NCBI GenBank assembly: GCA_043800755.1
Contig: JAZDMQ010000060.1
Coordinates: forward strand, 1 to 11,263
DNA: 11,263 bases
Reading direction: 5' to 3'
Origin: a bacterium
Lineage (GTDB): Bacteria; Methylomirabilota; Methylomirabilia; CAVQYV01
In this document: in pieces, positions 1-6,381 of the stretch
Layout: every line of letters begins with the position of its first letter
How positions within the stretch are numbered: the stretch's first letter is position 1
Made by a program: the position numbers and the translations under genes
The notes under the pieces: generated by a model
Database searches by the model: none
What the model was told of the DNA's origin: nothing
The model's input: the letters and a program-made list of their open reading frames with translations, nothing else

Positions 1-1080
1 GTGGCGGATCCTTCTTCCCTTCCCTTTGACGCCACCTCGGTGAAACTCGGACAGGAAAAGGATTATTTTCCCAGGCTATCCTCGCTGGGGATTCAAGTGA
101 TGCTGACGGCCGAGTTGATGCGGGATGGGAATCGGTTGGTCCTGGAGGCCAAGCTAAGCGATGTGGCCACCAGGGGACAGATATTTCACAACCGGTATGT
201 GGGTGACCCGAAAGGACTGAAACCGGCTGTCCACCGCCTATCCGATGACATCATCTATTACCTGACCGGGGAACGGGGGATCGCCCGGACCAAGTTGGCC
301 TTAGCCTCTAATAGAACGGGGGCCAAGGAGATCTATGTGATGGATTTCGATGGCGATAACCTGATGCAGATGACCAGGAACCATTCCCTCAATCTGACCC
401 CGCGTTGGTCTCCAGACGGAAAGGTCTTGGCCTATGTCTCTTACCGGGACGGAAATCCCGATCTCTACCTGCTCGATGTCACCTGCGGGAGAAGAAGCAA
501 GGTTTCCGCTCTTCCCGGCCTCAATATCTCACCGGCCTGGTCCCCTGATGGCGGATCGATCGCCCTGGCGTTGAGCAAGAACGGAATCACCAATCTCTTT
601 CTCATGCGCTCCGATGGAGGCGGCCTACGACAGCTCACCAATGGCTCGGCTATCTCGGTTTCGCCCTCTTGGTCCCCGAATGGCCGCCAGTTGGCCTTCG
701 TTTCCGACCAGGGGGGGACTCCCCAGATCTATGTCATGGATGCGGAGGGGACGAACATCCGCCGGCTGACCTTTAAGGGCAATTATAATACCTCCCCAGC
801 GTGGTCTCCCCGGGGGGATAAGATCGCCTTCGTCTCCAACCAATACGGACCTTTTAATATATTCGTCATGAATTCAGATGGTGGCGGGACTGCTGGCCTG
901 ACCCGGGGAGGGGGCGACAACGAAAGCCCCTCCTGGTCCCCGGATGGTCGCTATATTGCATTCTCTTCCACGCGGCATGGAAAATCAGGGGTCTATATCA
1001 TGCGAGCAGATGGCGCCGGGCAACGACGCATCACTCAGAACGATGCCGACTATTTCACCCCGGACTGGTCTCCCAAATGA
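1..1080 (+). CDS. tolB: Tol-Pal system beta-propeller protein TolB (probably 5'-truncated by the window edge)
   Basis: End of the TolB N-domain (HRLSDDIIYYLTGERGIARTKLA) followed by repeated PD40-type blades (TPRWSPDG, SPAWSPDG, SPSWSPNG, SPAWSPRG, SPSWSPDG, TPDWSP). Lies directly upstream of pal. No signal peptide after the GTG at position 1, so the real start is probably upstream. Confidence 0.95.
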   Translation: MADPSSLPFDATSVKLGQEKDYFPRLSSLGIQVMLTAELMRDGNRLVLEAKLSDVATRGQIFHNRYVGDPKGLKPAVHRLSDDIIYYLTGERGIARTKLALASNRTGAKEIYVMDFDGDNLMQMTRNHSLNLTPRWSPDGKVLAYVSYRDGNPDLYLLDVTCGRRSKVSALPGLNISPAWSPDGGSIALALSKNGITNLFLMRSDGGGLRQLTNGSAISVSPSWSPNGRQLAFVSDQGGTPQIYVMDAEGTNIRRLTFKGNYNTSPAWSPRGDKIAFVSNQYGPFNIFVMNSDGGGTAGLTRGGGDNESPSWSPDGRYIAFSSTRHGKSGVYIMRADGAGQRRITQNDADYFTPDWSPK

Positions 1081-1099
1081 GGGCTGAGGAGAGATAATC

Positions 1100-2008
1100 A
1101 TGAAGTTCAAACAGAGAGTGGACATTCAGCGGATCGGATTCCTCCTGGCTTTTCTGGCCATGGCGGCGCTCTCCCTTCTGGGGGGGTGCGCTCAGATGGC
1201 CAAGGTGCCCCCCACTGGACAGATAGGCCCCTCCGGGTCGGCAGGGGCTGGGGAGGCCGGCCGTGCCTACTTTGAGGAGCGACCCTCCCTCTCCATGGAG
1301 GAGCTGTCCGCATCGGCCTCCTCCCTGTCCCAAAGGGCCCAGGCCCTCTCTCAGGACGCGGAGCAGCTGCGGGAGAAGGCGAAAGAGCCCATTCCATTGG
1401 CCTCCCTTCCGGCAGAGCCAGGGCCCCTTCCTTCCCTGGCCGCCCCTGCCCTGGACACGGCCAGTACCCTGAGGGTTCAGGCCCAGGCCTTGTCTCAGGA
1501 CGCGGAGCAGCTGCGGGAAAAGGTGACCATCCCCCCGCCCGTAGTTGGTCCTACTGGGCCGGAAGCGAAGGGGCCCACGGTAGTGGAGGTGCCTGCTGCC
1601 CTGGTGCCCGAAAAAGAGGCTGAGTATTTCCCCTCGTTGCAGGAATTGGGAAAGAAGAAGCCAAAGGAGAAGTCGCCCTTCGAGGATATTTTCTTCGCCT
1701 TCAACGAATCCCTCCTCGGCGAGGAAGCGCGGGAGATCTTGCAGAAGAATGCAAAGTGGCTCAGGTCACATGGACCGGCCCAGATCTTGATCGAGGGCCA
1801 CTGCGATGAACGGGGCACGGTGGAATACAACCTGGCCTTAGGGGAGAGGAGGGCCCAGACCGCCAAGGACTTCCTCCTGAACCTGGGCGTCTCCTCTGAC
1901 CGCATCTCGATCATCAGCTACGGAAAGGAGAAGCCCTTTGCCTTGGGTCATGACGAGGAAGCCTGGGCCCAGAATCGCCGGGCCCACTTCCTCCTACGCT
2001 CCCCCTGA
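1100..2008 (+). CDS. pal: Peptidoglycan-associated lipoprotein Pal, copy 1, with a long (~160 aa) Pro/Ala/Glu-rich N-terminal tether
   Basis: RBS GAGGAG upstream. Lipobox LLGG-C (Cys30). C-terminal OmpA-like domain with Pal signatures DIFFAFNES, IEGHCDERGTVEYNLALGERRA, ISYGKEKP, AWAQNRRAHF. Follows tolB. Confidence 0.93.
   Translation: MKFKQRVDIQRIGFLLAFLAMAALSLLGGCAQMAKVPPTGQIGPSGSAGAGEAGRAYFEERPSLSMEELSASASSLSQRAQALSQDAEQLREKAKEPIPLASLPAEPGPLPSLAAPALDTASTLRVQAQALSQDAEQLREKVTIPPPVVGPTGPEAKGPTVVEVPAALVPEKEAEYFPSLQELGKKKPKEKSPFEDIFFAFNESLLGEEAREILQKNAKWLRSHGPAQILIEGHCDERGTVEYNLALGERRAQTAKDFLLNLGVSSDRISIISYGKEKPFALGHDEEAWAQNRRAHFLLRSP
1336..1523 (+). repeat. Internal direct repeat in pal-1: 44 bp at 1336-1379 and 1480-1523 (offset 144 bp), both encoding AQALSQDAEQLREK
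   Basis: 41/44 identical by manual comparison. The three differences are synonymous. Confidence 0.9.
1691..2008 (+). repeat. Direct repeat A1: OmpA-like domain coding region of pal-1, paralogous to 4216-4533 (offset 2525 bp)
   Basis: Contains perfectly identical blocks 1811-1871 = 4336-4396 (61 bp) and 1906-1995 = 4431-4520 (90 bp). Identity is lower in the 5' part. Confidence 0.92.
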
Positions 2009-2023
2009 TCTCTTGAGAATCTT

Positions 2024-2177
2024 AGGGAGGTGTGAGCAGCCTTGAAAAAATGGATGGTCCTATGCGGATTTCTGATGATTGCCCCTCTCCTCTCCTCCTG
2101 TGCCACCCGGCAGGGTCTCTTGGACCTGCAACGGCAGCTCCAAACGACCCGGGGGGAGCTGTCGGCGGTGAGGAAGG
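2024..2177 (+). repeat. Direct repeat B1: RBS, start and signal peptide region of cpoB-1, paralogous to 4617-4770 (offset 2593 bp)
   Basis: 144/154 identical by manual count, including the non-coding AGGGAGGTGTGAGCAGCC before the TTG start. Confidence 0.92.
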
Positions 2178-3292
2178 AGGCGAAAGAGGTCAAGTCAGTC
2201 ACGGAACAACTCCGCTCTGCAGATAACGAGCAGAGAGAGTCCTACTCGCGGATGACGGAGCAGATAAAGGCGCTTTTGGATACGATCGAGGCTCAACAGA
2301 AGGCAATTGCCTCCTCCAATTCCTCTGTCCAGGAGAGACTCTCGGCGATGGAGGCCAAGAATGAGGAGAGACTTAAGACGTTCGAGGAGCGGAAGAAGGA
2401 CCAGGAGAAAGGCTATCTTGCCTCTCAGGGAAATCTGGGGACCCGCCTGGAGGAGTTGGCGACAGAGGTCAAGATCATTCAGGGGAAATTGGAGGAGAAC
2501 AATAACCTGCTGGCAGAGCACGGGATGCGCTTCGATGACCTGAGCCACCAGGCCTCCCGCTCTGGAGGCAAGGTGGAGACCACCGAGGCCAATCTGAAGG
2601 CGATAAAAGGGGCGCAGTCCTCCCAGGCGGAGAAGCTGAATCGAGTCGAAGGACAGGTGGCGAGCCTGGTGAAGAACTGGGAGGCCTGGCGGGAACAGGC
2701 GAATCGGAGCCTGAGCCAAATGGGGGATTTGGAGAGGCGGTTGGGATCCCTGGAGCAGGAGATGGGGAGGATAAAGGAGGCCTACCGCCAGCCCAGCATG
2801 ACGCCTCCACCACAGGCCAGCAAGGAAGCTAAGGCGGCCAGCCCGACAGAACCCCCTCTCCCGGCAGAGCCGAAGGAGCCCACAGGTTCCAAGGGAGCGG
2901 TGGCCCCGGCCCCTCCCCCCGGAGGTGATGAGATCTACAAATCCGCCTTGGATGATTACAACCGGGGGGCCTATGACCTGGCGATCCCGGGATTCCGCTC
3001 CTACTTGAGTCAGTACCCCAAAGGGAGCCTGGCCGCCAACTCCCAATACTGGTTGGGGGAGTGTTACTATAGCCAGAAGAAATATGAGCAAGCGATCGCC
3101 GAATTTGAGGGGGTCCTGAGGAATTACCCTGCCAGCGAGAAGGCCCCCAGCGCCCTTTTGAAAAAGGGGTATTCCTACCTGGGGTTGGGCAACATGGCCA
3201 AAGGAAAGGAAATCCTGATGGAGGTCTTGGATAAATATCCAAAGACCCGGGAGGCCTCCCTGGCCAAATCGCGACTGGCGAATCTGAAATAG
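2042..3292 (+). CDS. cpoB: CpoB/YbgF-family Tol-Pal protein, copy 1 (lipoprotein, long coiled coil, Pro-rich linker, C-terminal TPR)
   Basis: TTG start after GGAGGTG. Lipobox LLSS-C (Cys20). YbgF trimerisation-like motif LEELATEVKIIQGKLEENN. TPR region with YNRGAYDLAI, NSQYWLGECYY, KAPSALLKKG, YPKTREASLAK. Directly downstream of pal. Confidence 0.9.
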   Translation: MKKWMVLCGFLMIAPLLSSCATRQGLLDLQRQLQTTRGELSAVRKEAKEVKSVTEQLRSADNEQRESYSRMTEQIKALLDTIEAQQKAIASSNSSVQERLSAMEAKNEERLKTFEERKKDQEKGYLASQGNLGTRLEELATEVKIIQGKLEENNNLLAEHGMRFDDLSHQASRSGGKVETTEANLKAIKGAQSSQAEKLNRVEGQVASLVKNWEAWREQANRSLSQMGDLERRLGSLEQEMGRIKEAYRQPSMTPPPQASKEAKAASPTEPPLPAEPKEPTGSKGAVAPAPPPGGDEIYKSALDDYNRGAYDLAIPGFRSYLSQYPKGSLAANSQYWLGECYYSQKKYEQAIAEFEGVLRNYPASEKAPSALLKKGYSYLGLGNMAKGKEILMEVLDKYPKTREASLAKSRLANLK

Positions 3293-3329
3293 ATTTGCCT
3301 GTCCATTAGACTTCGGAAAGGAGGATAAG

Positions 3330-3770
3330 ATGCGAAAGGGTTTTGTCTTTGTAGCTCTTTTCTTGATGGGATTGGCACTTTGGGGTTGCATGCCGGGGGC
3401 TTACACCTCGGCCCCCCCAGTAGAAGCGCCGGCCCTTCCCCCTCCTCCAGCTTATCGCTTTGAGGATCTGCCCGTCCCGGCCACCATGAACTTGGTCCGG
3501 GGAGAGTCCTACATCTTCGAAGCGGGAGGCGTGCGGGCAGCGATCATGATCTACGAGGGGAAGGACGATCCCGCGGATCTGGTCAAGTATTATCGGGAGA
3601 ATATGCCTCAACACAACTGGAAGCTGGTATCGGTGTTCGAGCACGAAGAGGCGAACCTCACCTTCCAGAAGCCCGGATGGAATTGCACCCTGAGTATCGT
3701 GAAGAGGGCGATGCAGACGACGAGATTGATAATCTTGATTGGACCTGTAGAGACGGAAAAGAAGGCCTGA
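3330..3770 (+). CDS. Uncharacterised lipoprotein, 146 aa
   Basis: Strong RBS AAAGGAGG. Lipobox LALWG-C (Cys20). Short Pro-rich tether, then a globular alpha/beta-looking domain (FEDLPVP...YYRENMPQHNWKLV...LTFQKPG). Fills the gap in a co-directional gene run. Confidence 0.85.
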   Translation: MRKGFVFVALFLMGLALWGCMPGAYTSAPPVEAPALPPPPAYRFEDLPVPATMNLVRGESYIFEAGGVRAAIMIYEGKDDPADLVKYYRENMPQHNWKLVSVFEHEEANLTFQKPGWNCTLSIVKRAMQTTRLIILIGPVETEKKA

Positions 3771-3798
3771 GGCCATGTTTCTTATGGGGGGCCAGAAT

Positions 3799-4533
3799 AT
3801 GGCAAAGAAGAAGACTCTCGCTCTCCTTTTGCCTTTGCTCCTCCTGGGCATGGCTGCGCTGAGTTCAGGCTGCGGAAGGGCGTGGTCGGTCAAGGGAGAC
3901 TCCTTTCCCCAGGAATCGCAGACAGGACCCGCCGCCTCCGTGCCTGGCCAGGAGAAAGGGGAGCAGGTATCGCCAGCCCCCGCATCCCCTGAGAGGGAAA
4001 AGGAGGCGGACGAGATCTCTCGCCGGGCGGAGGAGCTGAGAAAAGAAGCGGAGAGATTGGCTCAGGAGGCAGGCAGCCAAGGGGGGAGAGAGAAAGGCCA
4101 GATGGAAGGAGGATCTTCAGCCTCAGCGGCGGAGAAGTGGGGATTTTCACCAGAACCTGAGCGGGCGGCTGAGACCTCGGGGGGACTTCAATCGATTCCA
4201 GATCTTCACGACGTCTTCTTCGCCTTCAATGAATTCCTTCTCAGCGAAGAGGCGCAGGGGATCTTGCAGAAGGATGCGGAGTGGCTGAGGTCGCACCCCT
4301 CGGCTCGGATCCTGATCGAGGGCCATTGCGATGAGCGGGGCACGGTGGAATACAACCTGGCCTTAGGGGAGAGGAGGGCCCAGACCGCCAAGGACTATCT
4401 CGTGAACCTGGGAGTCTCCTCCGACCGCAGCTCGATCATCAGCTACGGAAAGGAGAAGCCCTTTGCCTTGGGTCATGACGAGGAAGCCTGGGCCCAGAAT
4501 CGCCGGGCCCACTTCCTCCTGCGTTCTCCCTGA
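3799..4533 (+). CDS. pal: Peptidoglycan-associated lipoprotein Pal, copy 2, with a ~110 aa tether
   Basis: The ORF opens at 3775, but ATG 3799 (MAKKKTLALLLPLLLLGMAALSSG-C) follows a G-rich RBS and gives a canonical lipoprotein signal. The C-terminal Pal domain is almost identical to copy 1. Confidence 0.9.
   Translation: MAKKKTLALLLPLLLLGMAALSSGCGRAWSVKGDSFPQESQTGPAASVPGQEKGEQVSPAPASPEREKEADEISRRAEELRKEAERLAQEAGSQGGREKGQMEGGSSASAAEKWGFSPEPERAAETSGGLQSIPDLHDVFFAFNEFLLSEEAQGILQKDAEWLRSHPSARILIEGHCDERGTVEYNLALGERRAQTAKDYLVNLGVSSDRSSIISYGKEKPFALGHDEEAWAQNRRAHFLLRSP
4216..4533 (+). repeat. Direct repeat A2, paralogous to 1691-2008
   Basis: See A1. Identical blocks at 4336-4396 and 4431-4520. Confidence 0.92.
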
Positions 4534-4575
4534 TTCCATGAAGATGCGTCGCGAGCGAAGAGAATGATCAATCAA

Positions 4576-4610
4576 TTGAAAACTCCCCAGCTTGCAGGGG
4601 GGAGTTTCAA
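4576..4610. other. Intergenic inverted repeat or hairpin between pal-2 and cpoB-2 (possible weak terminator or mRNA-stabilising element)
   Basis: TTG-A-AAACTCCCC (4576-4588), 10-nt loop, GGGGAGTTT-CAA (4599-4610). This gives a 9-bp core stem plus 3 bp after a single bulge. Absent from the pal-1/cpoB-1 spacer. Confidence 0.55.
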
Positions 4611-4616
4611 AAATGC

Positions 4617-4770
4617 AGGGAGGTGTGAGCAGCCTTGAAAAGATGGATGGTCCTATTCGGATTTCTGATGATTGCCCCTCTCCTCTCCTCCTGTGCCACC
4701 CAACAGGATCTCTTGGACTTGCAGCGGCAGCTCCAAACGACCCGAGGGGAGCTGGCGGCGGTTAGGAAGG
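4617..4770 (+). repeat. Direct repeat B2, paralogous to 2024-2177
   Basis: See B1. Confidence 0.92.
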
Positions 4771-6269
4771 GAACAGTAACCACGAAGAGTTTCTCAGAAG
4801 AAAAACTGGTGGAGCTCGAATCCCAGCAGAAGGAACGCCTCGCCGCCCTGGAGGCGAATCAGAAGGAGGCCTTCGCCAAGCTGGAGGCGGAGATGGGCAA
4901 GGCCCTCGAGTCCGTCCAAGGCCAGCAGAGGGCCTATGCGGGCATCGAATCCGAGCTGAGGGCCCGTCAGGCCAGTCTGGATCAGACGCTCTCCAAGAGG
5001 GTAGCGACTCTCGAATCCCAGCAGAAGGAACGCCTCGCCGCCCTGGAGGCGAATCAGAAGGAGGCCTTTGCCAAGCTGGAGGCGGAGATGGGGAAGGCCT
5101 TCGAGTCTATCCAGGCCCAGCAGAAGGTCTATGTATCCATCGAATCCGAGTTGAGATCCCGCCAGGCCACCTCGGGTCAGCAACAATCCGAGAGATTGGC
5201 TGCCCTCGAATCGGCTCAGAAGGAACGCCTCGCCGCCCTGGAGGCGAATCAGAAGGAAATCTTTGTCAACCTGGACCGACAGATGAGTCAGGCCATCGAC
5301 CGCATTGAGAAGCGGATTGACAAGGAGACGAAGGAGTACCTCCGCTCCCAGGGAAATATCGGGCTGAAGATGGACGAGCTCGCGGCGGATGCCCGCATCA
5401 TTCAAGGCAAGATCGAGGAAAATAACCAGGCGGTGTCGGAAGTGGGGACACGGCTCGACGGGTCCATGCAACATCTGAGCCGACTGAGCGAGCGGATAGA
5501 GAAATTGGAGGGAGGCCTCAACTCCGCCAAAGGAGCAAACATCAAGGCCTCGGATGAGCTATCAGGGCTTGCCAAGAGGGCCGAGGGTTTTGATGCTTCC
5601 CTGGCAGCCCTGAAGGCCGAGAGGTCCACCACCATCCAACAGATCTCCCAGCTCGTCGGCGCCCTGAAGGCGGTGGAGGCAGAGATCAATGCTTTGAAGA
5701 AGGTGCAGGCGGACGCGGCCAAGGAGATCGAGGCGGTCAAGCAGCGGGATGAGGAGGCGAAAAAACCTCCAGTCGCCAGCCCCGAGAAGCCGGGCCCGAG
5801 CGCCGGAGCGGCTGAGGTGAAAGCGCCTTCCCCGGAGGCAAGTGCCCCTCCCAAGGTTTCTCCCGAATCGCGAGCCCCGGAGCCTCTCCTAGCTCTAAGT
5901 CCGGACCAGATCTATCAAACAGCCTATGCCGATTACAACAAGGGGAATTTTGATCTGGCGATGGAGGGCTTCAGTTCCTATGTCTCTTCCTTGCCCCAAG
6001 GAAGCCAGGCCCCCAACGCGCAGTACTGGTTAGGGGAATGCTACTATAGCCAGAGGGAGTTTGAGAAGGCGATCGATGAATTTGACAAGGTGATCAAGGG
6101 TTACCCCAAGAGCACCCGAGTCGCGAGTGCCCTGCTCAAAAAGGCCTACGCCTATCTGGAGTTGAAGGATAAAGCCAAGGCCCGGCCGATCTTGGAGGAG
6201 GTGGTCAAGCGGTATCCCCAGACTCGGGAAGCCGGATTGGCCAAGGACAAGCTGAGGCAAGTCAAATAG
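4635..6269 (+). CDS. cpoB: CpoB/YbgF-family Tol-Pal protein, copy 2 (lipoprotein, repeat-expanded coiled coil, TPR)
   Basis: Same TTG start, RBS and lipobox LLSS-C as copy 1. Motif MDELAADARIIQGKIEENN. TPR region YNKGNFDLA, NAQYWLGECYY, SALLKKAY, YPQTREAGLAK. Downstream of pal-2. Confidence 0.9.
   Translation: MKRWMVLFGFLMIAPLLSSCATQQDLLDLQRQLQTTRGELAAVRKGTVTTKSFSEEKLVELESQQKERLAALEANQKEAFAKLEAEMGKALESVQGQQRAYAGIESELRARQASLDQTLSKRVATLESQQKERLAALEANQKEAFAKLEAEMGKAFESIQAQQKVYVSIESELRSRQATSGQQQSERLAALESAQKERLAALEANQKEIFVNLDRQMSQAIDRIEKRIDKETKEYLRSQGNIGLKMDELAADARIIQGKIEENNQAVSEVGTRLDGSMQHLSRLSERIEKLEGGLNSAKGANIKASDELSGLAKRAEGFDASLAALKAERSTTIQQISQLVGALKAVEAEINALKKVQADAAKEIEAVKQRDEEAKKPPVASPEKPGPSAGAAEVKAPSPEASAPPKVSPESRAPEPLLALSPDQIYQTAYADYNKGNFDLAMEGFSSYVSSLPQGSQAPNAQYWLGECYYSQREFEKAIDEFDKVIKGYPKSTRVASALLKKAYAYLELKDKAKARPILEEVVKRYPQTREAGLAKDKLRQVK
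4815..5285 (+). repeat. In-frame tandem repeat in cpoB-2, 195-bp (65-aa) unit, about 2.4 copies starting at 4815, 5010 and 5205
   Basis: CTCGAATC recurs at an exact 195-bp period. 4815-4873 is identical to 5010-5068 (59 bp). QKERLAALEANQKE occurs three times. Confidence 0.93.
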
Positions 6270-6381
6270 GGGGAGTCACGCTCCTCCACTCAGCCGGGGG
6301 CAGGACGGTTCGTCGAAGGAGCAGGGGGTTCATTTGAGTGCCGGGGATCGTAAAGCCAGGGGAAGGTCCATCCTTCAGGGC

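Noticed and set aside
1-60. TolB lacking a signal peptide as a cytoplasmic or pseudogene variant
   Set aside because: The reading frame is open to the window edge, so the missing N-terminus is most simply outside the window.
1685-1710. FAFNE instead of the more usual FDFD motif in both Pal domains as loss of peptidoglycan binding
   Set aside because: Asn at this position occurs in functional OmpA-like domains, and the core DERG...LGERRA residues are intact.
2195-3391. 398-aa antisense ORF, plus other long antisense or alternate-frame ORFs (3306-3893, 4794-5474, 5402-5854, 8158-8628, 9162-10154)
   Set aside because: They shadow well-supported genes, have no recognisable motifs, and are expected from codon bias in GC-rich DNA.
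1811-4770. Near-identical repeat pairs as a diversity-generating retroelement TR/VR
   Set aside because: Mismatches are not adenine-specific (C/T, C/G, T/G and others, many synonymous), both copies are coding, and no reverse transcriptase is in the window.
4815-5285. Regularly spaced repeats as a CRISPR array
   Set aside because: The period is 195 bp and in-frame within a CDS, the intervening sequences are homologous to each other, and there are no cas genes.
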